Origin: Escherichia coli
GTDB taxonomy: Bacteria; Pseudomonadota; Gammaproteobacteria; Enterobacterales; Enterobacteriaceae
Strand: one strand, 5' to 3'
NCBI RefSeq assembly: GCF_051903065.1
Contig: NZ_CP178438.1
DNA length: 64,000 bases
Under the pieces are notes generated by a model. It saw only the letters and a program-made list of their open reading frames with translations, made no database searches and was not told the DNA's origin. Shown piece by piece: positions 45,888-56,494 of this stretch. The translations under genes and the position numbers were made by a program. Numbering within the stretch: the first letter of the stretch is position 1; each line of letters begins with the position of its first letter.

Positions 45888-48860
45888 TTACCAGTGCACT
45901 CCAATGGTGAGAAACGCGTTGTTGCGCTCTCCGTTACGTTGATTAATCGCCTTAAAGGTATGTTGATACTCGACGCCGAGACTGACTTTGTGCGGCCAGG
46001 CGTCGTAGTGCGTCTCGCCGGTCCAAATATTCCAGCGGACCCCGACACCGCCAAGCTGCGCGCCCTGAGTGCCTTTATCACGATAGCCGTTGTCCTGAAC
46101 GTGAGCGTAAGGCTCAATAGTCTGTCCGTTAGCTACCTTCTGATGCCAGCTGACGCGATAATCTGCCGTCCACGCCTGAATATCCTGGCGGATATATTGC
46201 GCCGCATCGAGGTACAGGTTTTGGGCAAACCAGCCTGAACCGTTCGGGTGCCATTCGTCGCTGTATTTGCCGCCATTAAAGAATGAGGCGCTGGCGCGCA
46301 GCATGGTATCGGATGCGCCATTTTGCCCGTTCAGCGGCAACTGCTGTTCGACGGCGAGGAAAAAGATCTGATCGCGCAGCGGCTTCCAGCGTAGACCGGT
46401 GCCGGACATCGGATTTTTCACCGGCATCATCACCCCGTTTTCTCCGGTATCGGCAAAGACGCGGCTATAAACTGAGAGCAGGTCGCCTTCCAGCAGCATA
46501 TTGCGTCCGATGCGGTATTCGGCTTCCAGTTGCCCGTAGCTACGATAGCTTTTCCCTGGCGCTGCGCCGCCGACATTATTGTTAGCGGTACTCATTGCGC
46601 CGGAACGCAAGCCGATAGAAGAATCGAAACTGAACGTCCAGCGGCGACCGACCTCCTCATGCAAACGGCGGAAATTGAAGCGTTGTTGATTTTGCTCTGG
46701 CGTCAATGGGGTTATCAGCGCCTGATTATCAATGTCATCAATCACCAGCCGGGTGTAGTGCTGCGTCGCAGGCATGTCATCCAGACGCTGGTTCACATAG
46801 GCCAGTTGTCGGATCAGTGCCGGATCGTCCGGAAGCCCTTTATGCGCCTGTTCGAGCATTTCCCGCGACTGTGCGATATCACCGCTATCCCACAAGGCGT
46901 AACCAAGCGCTGCCTGGGTGTTGCTATTATTCGGTTCCAGTTCCAGCGCGGCGCGCAAATCACTCACCGCGGCCGGGACATTATGACGTTGGCGATAAAT
47001 TGTCGCCCGCGCAACGTAAGCGTTGGCAGAAGGCGCAATATTGATTGAGCGCGTGAGATCGTTCAGTGCGAGTTCCGGCTGACCAGGAATGTAACGTTGC
47101 GCATGCAGCCACCAGTAGAGGGCATTGCTTCCCAGTCCACGTTGTTCTGCCTGTTGTAGCCAGCGATCGCGAGCCGCACCATTTCCTGCCGCCTGGGCGG
47201 TATTGGCAGCAGCAAGCAGATCCTCATTGCTCATGTCGTGAAGACTGATTTTCTGCCAGGCCGCCAGTGCGGTGGCGTAGTCCTCAACCTGATACGCCTG
47301 ATAGGCTACCGCACGATGTTGCCAGGCGTTCGGTTGTCGTTGTTCGGCCTGAAGCCATGCATACAACGCCACACCGGGTAGCGTGTCCCGATAACACTTT
47401 GCCAGACGGTTCCAGGCGGCGGCATCGTAGGAAGGCGACATATCGCCCAGCAAGCGAACTATTGCCGGGCAATTATCTGCAATACCCGGCAACTGACTTT
47501 GCCACTGACGTTGCTCCGCCAGCGGTAAGGGTTTCGATAAAATCGCCACCTTCGCCGGCGTTGCCAGGTAAGGATGACTTTCCAGCAGAGACGCCAGTCG
47601 CGCCATTAAAGTCTGGCTGATACGCGCATCGCCCTGGAAAGGATAGCGTTGCAGCAATAAATCGGCAGCTTCCCGTGACTGCTCGTTCTGCATCAGTTGC
47701 CAGGTTAGTTGATCCAGGCGGGTAAGATTTGCCGGTTCTTGCTGATACAGCAAGCGTGCCAGACGCAGAGCTTCAGCCTTGTTACGGGTCGCCACGCTGA
47801 CAGCATAACGCTCCTCAAGCATTTCATTGGCGGGGAGGGTGGCGAGCAGTTTTTGCGCTGCGTCGTACTGACCTTCTTTTAACAGCACCGGTAGCGTCGC
47901 GCCAACAACATACTGGCGGTTATCGGCAAACTGCACCGTATAATTCGCCAATGCCTGAACGGGGTTGGCGCTGTATTTAGATAACAGATAGAGCCAACTT
48001 TTCTCTTGTGCGTCCGTGGTAAACAGCGGCTTATTTTCAATGAGATAATGCTGGAGGCGTGCTTTTTCGCCACGATAAGCCAGCGCGGTCGCGTAAGTAA
48101 TATATGACTGAGGATCGGTGAAGATCCCCTGTGATTGCAGTGCCAGGATCCGATCGTCCAGCTGCCCGGCAAGAAGCACGTCAAACCACTGACGGCGTTC
48201 TGCCGCGCTTAATGTGTTCTGCTGGCGTGCTTCATTGTATAGCGTATCTGCCTGGGACCATTGTTTCAGGTAGATTGCCCGTTGCAGCAGATCGGTTCGC
48301 AGCGTTTTTCCTTCCGGCGATGCAGCAAACGTCGCATCGTTCAGTTGCGCTCTGGCGACAGGTAACTGTGCCAGCCGCAGGGCATTCTGCCCGACTTCAC
48401 TGCGACAACGCAGGGTCGGCGCAGCATCGCACGCTTTTTGCTGGGCAAGCAGTTCTTCAACTGTCGTAACGCTTTTCACTTCAACTGGAATAGCCGCCAG
48501 ACTGCGCTCAAGTCGGGCATCTCCTGGGTGACGTTTCAGTTGATCCTCAAGCAACAGCCGCGCCCGGTCATCATGACCAAAATGGCGATAGGCTTCCGCA
48601 AGGTATAAAGTCAGCGGAATATTATCCGGCACCTGCTGGTGTATATATTCAAATTCGCGGATGGCGGTTGCTTCGTCGTTATTTTTCTGTGCCTTCAGCG
48701 CCTTATCGAGACGGGGATAAATAACAAAATGGCGATAATCGCTCAGCCCCAGCTCTTCTGCGCTGGTGCCGATATTGTCTGCGAGTGCGCTGGTACTCAA
48801 TAAAGACGTCAGCAGTAAACCAGACCATCCGATGACGCGATTAAGGTTATTCTCCTTCAT
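45888..48860 (-). CDS. nfrA: Phage N4 adsorption protein A (outer-membrane TPR/beta-barrel)
   Basis: Start at MKENNLNRVIGW gives 990 aa; overlaps nfrB stop. Confidence 0.9.
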   Translation of the reverse strand: MKENNLNRVIGWSGLLLTSLLSTSALADNIGTSAEELGLSDYRHFVIYPRLDKALKAQKNNDEATAIREFEYIHQQVPDNIPLTLYLAEAYRHFGHDDRARLLLEDQLKRHPGDARLERSLAAIPVEVKSVTTVEELLAQQKACDAAPTLRCRSEVGQNALRLAQLPVARAQLNDATFAASPEGKTLRTDLLQRAIYLKQWSQADTLYNEARQQNTLSAAERRQWFDVLLAGQLDDRILALQSQGIFTDPQSYITYATALAYRGEKARLQHYLIENKPLFTTDAQEKSWLYLLSKYSANPVQALANYTVQFADNRQYVVGATLPVLLKEGQYDAAQKLLATLPANEMLEERYAVSVATRNKAEALRLARLLYQQEPANLTRLDQLTWQLMQNEQSREAADLLLQRYPFQGDARISQTLMARLASLLESHPYLATPAKVAILSKPLPLAEQRQWQSQLPGIADNCPAIVRLLGDMSPSYDAAAWNRLAKCYRDTLPGVALYAWLQAEQRQPNAWQHRAVAYQAYQVEDYATALAAWQKISLHDMSNEDLLAAANTAQAAGNGAARDRWLQQAEQRGLGSNALYWWLHAQRYIPGQPELALNDLTRSINIAPSANAYVARATIYRQRHNVPAAVSDLRAALELEPNNSNTQAALGYALWDSGDIAQSREMLEQAHKGLPDDPALIRQLAYVNQRLDDMPATQHYTRLVIDDIDNQALITPLTPEQNQQRFNFRRLHEEVGRRWTFSFDSSIGLRSGAMSTANNNVGGAAPGKSYRSYGQLEAEYRIGRNMLLEGDLLSVYSRVFADTGENGVMMPVKNPMSGTGLRWKPLRDQIFFLAVEQQLPLNGQNGASDTMLRASASFFNGGKYSDEWHPNGSGWFAQNLYLDAAQYIRQDIQAWTADYRVSWHQKVANGQTIEPYAHVQDNGYRDKGTQGAQLGGVGVRWNIWTGETHYDAWPHKVSLGVEYQHTFKAINQRNGERNNAFLTIGVHW

Positions 48861-51084
48861 TTTCGGACTCCAGTTGCGCAACCTGTTCTGTGTTTAAACC
48901 TGCTTTGAGTAATAGTGATTGCATCGAAACTTGTAATTCGCGTTGAATTGTCAGGACGCGATCCAACGTTTCCTGGCTGATAACGCCTTCGGTGACCAAA
49001 AACTTGCCGAGCGGCAGAGAACTGCGTTCATGGCGCAATAACAACACGTTAATTGCTGAACGATTAATATGACCGAGCGTGGTCAGTATTTCGGCGAACA
49101 GGAACTGATGCGGCACATATTGCCGCCAGATTTCACCGGCCTGCTGTTCCGTGAGCCACTGATGCTGAACCGCATTGTACAACATTGCCCGCGGATCGTG
49201 ACCGCGTCGGCGCGCATACCAGTGGCGTAACCCCGTGACAATTTGTCCCCGCAGAACAATGACGTAACGCACTTTGCGTCCGACTTTACGCGTCAGGGCC
49301 GCCAGCGAAACCGGGTCAATACCATCTTCACTGCCGACAATTAACACATCATTTTCCAGACGCAGCGGCAGCACTGCATAATGCAGCGCCACGGAGGCTG
49401 GCATTTCGGCAATCAGCGAGGACGGGATCTGCCAGGCATCGATGGATTCCCACGCCACGCCGTTTTGCTCTGCCAGCGCCTGTGCCAGCTGCTCGGCGCT
49501 AATCAGCCCCTGCATCAGCATTGAACCGCCCAGGCGTAGACCTTCGACGCGATTACGCAGTGCTGTATCGAGTTGTTCTTCAGTGATGACCTGATTTTCC
49601 AGCAGAATTTGACCTAACGGGCGCAACGAGCGGGTATCGCCAGTCACGCTGGGGAAGTCATGCGTTGTTTTATCCCACGCGACGCGACGTGGATCGCCGT
49701 GTTGAAGTACCTGTTTTAACGCGCGCCAGTTGGCCATGAAGTTAATCAGGTTGCCCCAGAAAAGACGCAGGACGGAAAGCAGCCCCTGCGTCAGGCCGTA
49801 GTAGCCAGTAACGAAAATCACCCGCTGCACGATGCGGTTAACCATCAAACCAAAGTTTAGCCACAGCAGGGTCATTAACCATGCGCTGCCGCTGAAAATA
49901 GAAAGGAAATGCCAGGCATCGGGCCACAAACTTTCATACGCCAGCAACAGCAAAAGCTGGATCATCACCAGCATCGCGAGGAAGCTGACAAAGTTACTGA
50001 TTGCCCCTTTGCGGTCGCGCCAGAGAAAGTAGTTCAGCGTCAGGCTGGAGGTCCATTTATGGGTTTTAAAGCCCTGGAAAACAATGCCGATGATCCAGCG
50101 GGATTTTTGTCGAACCGCAGTCGAAAAGGTATCGGGGAAATATTCGCGCACGCAGATCATGTTTGACGTCCGTGCGTGCTGTAAAAATTTACGCTGCTCG
50201 CGTTCTTTGGCTTCGTCCACCACCGGAAAACGGACAAAAATTTCCGTCATACCTTTTTCTTTCAGGCGGAAGCCAATGTCGTAATCTTCAGTCAGACTCT
50301 GCACGTCGAAAGCAATACCGTCACCGTCAGCTAACAGAGCGGTCACGGCGCGGCGGCTGAAACAGGTGCCGACGCCTGCGCTGGGCACTTGTCCGGCGAG
50401 GGCTTCACGCACCGGAACATCTTTGCCATGCAGCTCTGAAAACTCATCAATGTAAGTCATGCTGGTGAAGTGCGTCCATTCGCGTTCAAACGGATACACC
50501 GGGATCTGAATCAGATCTTTACGCTCGACCAGATAGTTGAACAGACGCAATTCCATCGGTGAAATCACATCTTCGGCGTCATGCAGAATAAAACCAGCAA
50601 AAGCGAAATTGGCGCTACGCTCAAACTGGGTGATGGCGTCCAGCACGTTGTTCAGACAGTCGGCTTTGCTGGTGGGGCCAGGACGCGCGCAGACTACCTT
50701 ATGCACATTCGGGAAGCGAGCGCACACTTCGTCAACATCACGCTGAGTATCGGGGTCGTTGGGATAGGTGCCAACAAAGATATGATAGTTTTCGTAGTCG
50801 AGCGTGGTCGCCGCCAGCTCGGCCATATTGCCGATGACGCCCGTTTCATTCCACGCCGGAACCATAATCGCTAACGGTTTTTCATCTGGTTTATACAGTT
50901 CGCGGTAACTCATTCGCGGGTAGCGGCGATAAACACTCAACTTGCGTTTAATGCGGCGTACCCAGTAGACGACATCAATAAAAAAATCGTCCAGCCCGCT
51001 GATGAACATGATGACCGCTAACGTTATCGCGATTACTTTTAAGCCGTAGAGCCAGGTAGCAAAAACATCAAGAAGCCAGTCCAC
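48847..51084 (-). CDS. nfrB: Phage N4 adsorption protein B (family-2 glycosyltransferase with C-terminal c-di-GMP-binding domain)
   Basis: 745-aa ORF: N-terminal TM region, GT2 core (DAED), C-terminal MshEN-like region. Confidence 0.9.
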   Translation of the reverse strand: MDWLLDVFATWLYGLKVIAITLAVIMFISGLDDFFIDVVYWVRRIKRKLSVYRRYPRMSYRELYKPDEKPLAIMVPAWNETGVIGNMAELAATTLDYENYHIFVGTYPNDPDTQRDVDEVCARFPNVHKVVCARPGPTSKADCLNNVLDAITQFERSANFAFAGFILHDAEDVISPMELRLFNYLVERKDLIQIPVYPFEREWTHFTSMTYIDEFSELHGKDVPVREALAGQVPSAGVGTCFSRRAVTALLADGDGIAFDVQSLTEDYDIGFRLKEKGMTEIFVRFPVVDEAKEREQRKFLQHARTSNMICVREYFPDTFSTAVRQKSRWIIGIVFQGFKTHKWTSSLTLNYFLWRDRKGAISNFVSFLAMLVMIQLLLLLAYESLWPDAWHFLSIFSGSAWLMTLLWLNFGLMVNRIVQRVIFVTGYYGLTQGLLSVLRLFWGNLINFMANWRALKQVLQHGDPRRVAWDKTTHDFPSVTGDTRSLRPLGQILLENQVITEEQLDTALRNRVEGLRLGGSMLMQGLISAEQLAQALAEQNGVAWESIDAWQIPSSLIAEMPASVALHYAVLPLRLENDVLIVGSEDGIDPVSLAALTRKVGRKVRYVIVLRGQIVTGLRHWYARRRGHDPRAMLYNAVQHQWLTEQQAGEIWRQYVPHQFLFAEILTTLGHINRSAINVLLLRHERSSLPLGKFLVTEGVISQETLDRVLTIQRELQVSMQSLLLKAGLNTEQVAQLESENEGE

Positions 51085-51233
51085 ACAAAAACCTTACATT
51101 AACGCTGGTTATGTTTAGGGTGGCGTATATTAAGGTTTTTTATGAATTGTGACAGCTTTTTACCATTAATAGGTATGACTATTGCGGCACGTTATTTTTA
51201 CACTGGTTATAAAAGTTGCCGTTTGCTGAAGGA

Positions 51234-52676
51234 TTAAGCGGGTAATGTGATAACAAACCTTGTCCCCCGCGCATCTGACGTTACTGCAACCGTGCCTTTA
51301 TGTGCGACAACAATCGATTTCACTATCGCCAGCCCAATGCCGCTACCTTCGCCTTTTCGCTGGCGGGAAGGGTCAACGCGGTAGAAACGGTCAAACAATC
51401 GCGGTAAGTGCTCGGGCGCAATGGGAGTACCGGGGTTTTCGACGATAACTTGCACCTGGTGATCGACCGTCTGGCAGCGCACTACAATAGCCTCACTGGG
51501 TGGCGTATAACGCAGGGCATTAGAAAGCAGGTTGCTTAACGCCCGACGCAGCATCAGCGGATCGCCCGCAACCTGACATTTGTCGCCAACAAACCGCAAC
51601 TCCACGCCGCGATCTTCCGCTAACGCCTCGAAAAAATCGAACACTTTGCCGATTTCATCCGCCAGGTTGAGCATTTTCTTTTCGGGGATTAGCTGGTTGT
51701 TATCGGCCTGAGCGAGAAACAGCATATCGCTGACCATTTTCGCCATTCGCGTCAGCTCTTCGAGATTAGAGTAGAGCACATCTTCCAGCTCCTTCTGGCT
51801 GCGAGACTGGCTGAGGGCGATTTCCGTTTGCGTGATGAGATTGGTAATCGGCGTACGAATTTCGTGAGCGATATCCGCTGAGAAATTGGACTGGCGGGTA
51901 AAGACATCCTCAATACGCTCGATCATATGGTTGAACGACAGTACCAGCTGTTCCAGCTCAATCGGCACGGTCTGCGGGTCGAGGCGAACGTCGAGATCTT
52001 TCGAGGTAATATTCTGGATTTGACGGCTGACGCTGCGGATCGGCGCGTGACCTTTATGTACCGCCAACAGCACGATAAAGACGATCAGGATGCTGATTAC
52101 CGATGCGGTCATAATAAGTTTATTCATCAAATCATTTATGTAATGAAGATGAAAATCGATCGAAAGCGCGATGTAGAGCGTATAAATCGGTTTTCCGTCC
52201 ACCAACGGGCCAACCGGCAAGTTAATCATCCGCCAGTTGCTGTGTTCCATATGCCCGTGACCGTGGCCTGGCATCATCATCGTCGGGCCGGAAAGGAGAT
52301 ACACCTCGCCACCCTGAGCGTCTTTATCGGGTATGGCGTCACGCGTAAACTCGCGGATATCCGGCGCACCGGGGGAGTGATACACCGTTTTACCCAGGCT
52401 ATCTGCCAGGGAAATCAACACATTGGAATAACCACTGACGATATCTTCCAGCGTCATTAAGCGTCGGGCTTGCGTTTCGTCAGGATGATTTAGTACCCGT
52501 TCAAGGGTGGCGCTAATCTCTTTTAAATCATTAATATCCTGCTCGGCAAAATGAACTTTTACTGAGTGGATCATGATCCATGCAAAGGCGAAAAACGCCG
52601 CGATGGTGGCCAGGCTGATAAAAAAGGTCAGGCGGGTTGCCAGCGAAAACGGGCGCTGAAATGGCTTACTGACCAT
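51234..52676 (-). CDS. cusS: Copper/silver sensor histidine kinase
   Basis: Periplasmic sensor, HAMP, H-box [10 protein letters not shown] and ATPase domain; start at MVSKPF gives 480 aa. Confidence 0.9.
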   Translation of the reverse strand: MVSKPFQRPFSLATRLTFFISLATIAAFFAFAWIMIHSVKVHFAEQDINDLKEISATLERVLNHPDETQARRLMTLEDIVSGYSNVLISLADSLGKTVYHSPGAPDIREFTRDAIPDKDAQGGEVYLLSGPTMMMPGHGHGHMEHSNWRMINLPVGPLVDGKPIYTLYIALSIDFHLHYINDLMNKLIMTASVISILIVFIVLLAVHKGHAPIRSVSRQIQNITSKDLDVRLDPQTVPIELEQLVLSFNHMIERIEDVFTRQSNFSADIAHEIRTPITNLITQTEIALSQSRSQKELEDVLYSNLEELTRMAKMVSDMLFLAQADNNQLIPEKKMLNLADEIGKVFDFFEALAEDRGVELRFVGDKCQVAGDPLMLRRALSNLLSNALRYTPPSEAIVVRCQTVDHQVQVIVENPGTPIAPEHLPRLFDRFYRVDPSRQRKGEGSGIGLAIVKSIVVAHKGTVAVTSDARGTRFVITLPA

Positions 52677-53349
52677 CCGGCACCTCAAGCATGTAACCCA
52701 CGCCGCGCACGGTCTGAATTAGCTTCGGCTCAAAGTCGTTGTCGATTTTGCCGCGCAGCCGCTTCACCGCCACATCAATAGCATTGGTATCGCTGTCAAA
52801 ATTCATGTCCCATACCTGCGAGGCGATAAGCGAGCGGGGCAGCACTTCGCCCTGATGGCGGAGAAAAAACTCCAGCAGAGTAAACTCTTTACTGGTCAAA
52901 GTGATGCGCGTGCCGCTGCGGGTGACTTTGCGGCTGACGAGATCGACCATCAAATCGGCAACCTGAAACTGACTTTCGATAATCACCGCCGCCCCGCGCC
53001 GCAGTAATGTGCGCACCCGCGCCAGTAGTTCAGCAAAAGCGAATGGTTTCACCAGGTAGTCATCTGCCCCCAACTCCAGCCCCTTGACGCGATGTTCAAT
53101 GGTGCCAAGCGCGGTAAGCAACAGAATCGGCATCCCTTTATTGGCGGAGCGTAACATGCGCACGATATCCCAGCCGTTCACGTCCGGCAGCATAATATCG
53201 AGGATTATCAGATCATAATCACCGGTCATCGCCAGATGGTAGCCATTCAGCCCGTTGTCGGCCAAATCGACCACAAAACCGGCTTCGATTAACCCTTTGG
53301 TCAAGTATTCTCCGGTTTTCTTTTCATCTTCGACAATCAACAGTTTCAT
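52666..53349 (-). CDS. cusR: OmpR-family response regulator
   Basis: 227-aa ORF with receiver domain (MKLLIVEDE) and winged helix. Confidence 0.95.
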   Translation of the reverse strand: MKLLIVEDEKKTGEYLTKGLIEAGFVVDLADNGLNGYHLAMTGDYDLIILDIMLPDVNGWDIVRMLRSANKGMPILLLTALGTIEHRVKGLELGADDYLVKPFAFAELLARVRTLLRRGAAVIIESQFQVADLMVDLVSRKVTRSGTRITLTSKEFTLLEFFLRHQGEVLPRSLIASQVWDMNFDSDTNAIDVAVKRLRGKIDNDFEPKLIQTVRGVGYMLEVPDGQ

Positions 53350-53414
53350 ATTTCCTCCGCATGTTGCCCGGGCAATTCTAGAGTAGCGGGATCAGATGGC
53401 AATCGCTTATTGGC

Positions 53415-53436
53415 AAAATGACAATTTTGTCATTTT
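53415..53436. promoter_or_regulatory. CusR box (AAAATGACAA-TT-TTGTCATTTT) in the cusR/cusC divergent promoter
   Basis: Perfect 10-2-10 inverted repeat between the divergent operons. Confidence 0.7.
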
Positions 53437-53505
53437 CCTGTCACCGGAAAATCAGAGCCTGGCGAGTAAAGTTGGCGGTATAAAATCACCAGAAATTATG
53501 AGCCT

Positions 53506-54888
53506 ATGTCTCCTTGTAAACTTCTGCCATTTTGTGTGGCCCTTGCGCTAACCGGTTGTTCACTGGCACCGGATTATCAGCGCCCGGCAATGCCCGTACC
53601 GCAGCAGTTCTCACTCAGCCAGAACGGCCTCGTTAACGCAGCAGATAACTATCAGAACGCGGGCTGGCGCACCTTTTTTGTTGATAATCAGGTGAAGACG
53701 CTGATTAGCGAGGCGCTGGTGAATAACCGGGATTTGCGCATGGCGACGCTGAAAGTGCAGGAGGCACGGGCGCAATATCGTCTGACTGGTGCCGACCGCT
53801 ACCCACAGCTCAATGGTGAGGGCAGCGGCAGCTGGAGCGGCAATCTTAAAGGCGATTCAGCCACGACGCGGGAGTTTTCTACTGGCCTTAACGCCAGCTT
53901 TGACCTCGATTTTTTCGGGCGCTTAAAGAACATGAGCGAAGCCGGGCGACAAAATTATTTAGCCACTGAGGAAGCTCAGCGCGCGGTGCATATTCTGCTG
54001 GTTTCTAATGTCGCGCAAAGCTATTTCAATCAGCAGCTGGCGTATGCGCAATTGCAAATAGCCGAAGAAACGCTGCGTAATTATCAGCAGTCATATGCGT
54101 TTGTCGAAAAACAACTGTTGACAGGTAGCAGTAATGTTCTGGCGCTGGAACAGGCTCGCGGGATGATTGAAAGTACCCGCAGCGACATCGCTAAACGTCA
54201 GGGGGAACTGGCGCAGGCGAATAATGCATTGCAACTGTTATTGGGAAGCTACGGCAAGCTGCCGCAAGCGCAGACAGCAAACGGCGGCAGTCTGCAAAGC
54301 GTTAAATTACCGGCGGGCTTGTCGTCGCAAATCTTATTGCAGCGCCCGGATATTATGGAAGCTGAACATGCGTTAATGGCGGCTAATGCCAATATTGGTG
54401 CTGCACGCGCGGCATTTTTCCCGTCTATCAGCCTGACCAGCGGAATATCAACCGCCAGCAGCGATCTGTCGTCATTATTTAACGCCAGCAGCGGGATGTG
54501 GAATTTTATACCCAAAATTGAGATCCCCATTTTTAATGCCGGACGCAACCAGGCCAATCTGGATATCGCCGAAATTCGCCAGCAGCAGTCGGTAGTGAAT
54601 TATGAACAGAAAATCCAGAACGCCTTTAAAGAAGTGGCAGATGCGCTGGCATTACGTCAAAGCCTGAACGATCAAATCAGCGCCCAGCAGCGTTATCTGG
54701 CGTCGCTGCAAATTACTTTGCAACGGGCGCGGGCATTATATCAGCACGGCGCGGTAAGTTATCTGGAAGTGCTGGATGCCGAGCGTTCTTTATTTGCAAC
54801 CCGACAAACCTTACTTGACCTGAATTATGCCCGTCAGGTCAACGAAATTTCTTTATATACCGCACTTGGTGGCGGTTGGCAGCAATAA
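53506..54888 (+). CDS. cusC: Outer-membrane efflux factor (lipoprotein)
   Basis: 460-aa ORF with lipobox LTGC. Confidence 0.9.
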   Translation: MSPCKLLPFCVALALTGCSLAPDYQRPAMPVPQQFSLSQNGLVNAADNYQNAGWRTFFVDNQVKTLISEALVNNRDLRMATLKVQEARAQYRLTGADRYPQLNGEGSGSWSGNLKGDSATTREFSTGLNASFDLDFFGRLKNMSEAGRQNYLATEEAQRAVHILLVSNVAQSYFNQQLAYAQLQIAEETLRNYQQSYAFVEKQLLTGSSNVLALEQARGMIESTRSDIAKRQGELAQANNALQLLLGSYGKLPQAQTANGGSLQSVKLPAGLSSQILLQRPDIMEAEHALMAANANIGAARAAFFPSISLTSGISTASSDLSSLFNASSGMWNFIPKIEIPIFNAGRNQANLDIAEIRQQQSVVNYEQKIQNAFKEVADALALRQSLNDQISAQQRYLASLQITLQRARALYQHGAVSYLEVLDAERSLFATRQTLLDLNYARQVNEISLYTALGGGWQQ

Positions 54889-54911
54889 TTTTTAACTCCA
54901 GGAGAGAATAA

Positions 54912-55244
54912 ATGAAAAAAGCACTGCAAGTCGCAATGTTCAGTCTGTTTACCGTTATTGGCTTTAATGCCCAGGCTAACGAACATCATCATGAAACCAT
55001 GAGCGAAGCACAACCACAGGTCATTAGTGCCACCGGCGTGGTAAAAGGTGTTGATCTGGAAAGCAAAAAAATCACCATCCATCACGATCCGATTGCTGCC
55101 GTGAACTGGCCGGAGATGACTATGCGCTTTACCATCACTCCGCAGACGAAAATGAGTGAAATTAAAACTGGCGACAAAGTGGCGTTTAATTTTGTCCAGC
55201 AGGGCAACCTTTCTTTATTACAGGATATTAAAGTCAGCCAGTAA
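54912..55244 (+). CDS. cusF: Periplasmic copper/silver chaperone
   Basis: 110-aa ORF with signal peptide. Confidence 0.9.
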   Translation: MKKALQVAMFSLFTVIGFNAQANEHHHETMSEAQPQVISATGVVKGVDLESKKITIHHDPIAAVNWPEMTMRFTITPQTKMSEIKTGDKVAFNFVQQGNLSLLQDIKVSQ

Positions 55245-55259
55245 CCCAGGTTTAATGAG

Positions 55260-56483
55260 ATGAAAAAAATCGCGCTTATTATCGGCAGCATGATCGCGGG
55301 CGGTATTATTTCTGCGGCAGGTTTTACCTGGTTTGACCGGGCTGAACCGCCCGCAGAAAAAACGTCGACCGCAGAACGTAAAATCTTATTCTGGTACGAC
55401 CCGATGTATCCCAATACGCGGTTCGATAAACCAGGTAAATCGCCGTTTATGGATATGGATCTGGTGCCGAAATATGCCGATGAAGAGAGTTCTGCGTCTG
55501 GTGTGCGCATTGACCCGACTCAGACGCAGAATCTGGGGGTGAAAACGGCTACCGTCACGCGCGGGCCGCTGACTTTTGCCCAGAGTTTCCCGGCGAATGT
55601 CAGTTACAACGAGTATCAGTATGCCATTGTGCAGGCTCGCGCTGCCGGGTTTATCGACAAGGTGTATCCGCTTACCGTGGGCGATAAAGTGCAAAAGGGC
55701 ACACCGCTTCTCGACCTGACCATTCCCGACTGGGTGGAAGCGCAGAGTGAGTATTTACTGCTGCGCGAAACCGGCGGTACGGCGACCCAGACTGAAGGCA
55801 TTCTTGAGCGGCTGCGACTGGCGGGAATGCCGGAGGCGGATATTCGCCGCCTGATCGCCACGCAAAAAATCCAGACTCGCTTTACGCTCAAAGCACCCAT
55901 TGATGGCGTGATCACCGCGTTTGATCTGCGCGCGGGAATGAATATCGCCAAAGATAACGTGGTAGCGAAAATTCAGGGTATGGACCCGGTGTGGGTCACT
56001 GCTGCGATCCCGGAGTCCATCGCCTGGCTGGTGAAAGATGCCTCGCAGTTTACGCTCACCGTTCCGGCGCGACCTGATAAAACACTCACCATCCGCAAAT
56101 GGACGCTACTACCTGGCGTGGATGCCGCGACCCGCACGCTGCAGCTGCGTCTGGAAGTCGACAACGCCAACGAGGCGCTAAAACCGGGAATGAACGCCTG
56201 GTTGCAACTCAATACCGCCAGCGAACCGATGCTGCTCATTCCGTCACAAGCGCTGATTGATACCGGCAGCGAACAGCGGGTGATTACCGTTGATGCCGAC
56301 GGGCGCTTTGTACCAAAACGCGTTGCCGTTTTCCAGGCATCGCAAGGTGTCACCGCATTACGCTCTGGTCTGGCGGAAGGTGAAAAGGTGGTTTCCAGCG
56401 GCCTGTTCCTGATTGATTCCGAAGCCAATATTTCTGGCGCACTGGAGCGGATGCGCTCTGAAAGTGCTACCCATGCGCATTGA
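55260..56483 (+). CDS. cusB: Membrane fusion protein of the Cus efflux system
   Basis: 407-aa ORF. Confidence 0.9.
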   Translation: MKKIALIIGSMIAGGIISAAGFTWFDRAEPPAEKTSTAERKILFWYDPMYPNTRFDKPGKSPFMDMDLVPKYADEESSASGVRIDPTQTQNLGVKTATVTRGPLTFAQSFPANVSYNEYQYAIVQARAAGFIDKVYPLTVGDKVQKGTPLLDLTIPDWVEAQSEYLLLRETGGTATQTEGILERLRLAGMPEADIRRLIATQKIQTRFTLKAPIDGVITAFDLRAGMNIAKDNVVAKIQGMDPVWVTAAIPESIAWLVKDASQFTLTVPARPDKTLTIRKWTLLPGVDAATRTLQLRLEVDNANEALKPGMNAWLQLNTASEPMLLIPSQALIDTGSEQRVITVDADGRFVPKRVAVFQASQGVTALRSGLAEGEKVVSSGLFLIDSEANISGALERMRSESATHAH

Positions 56484-56494
56484 GGGAATAACCA

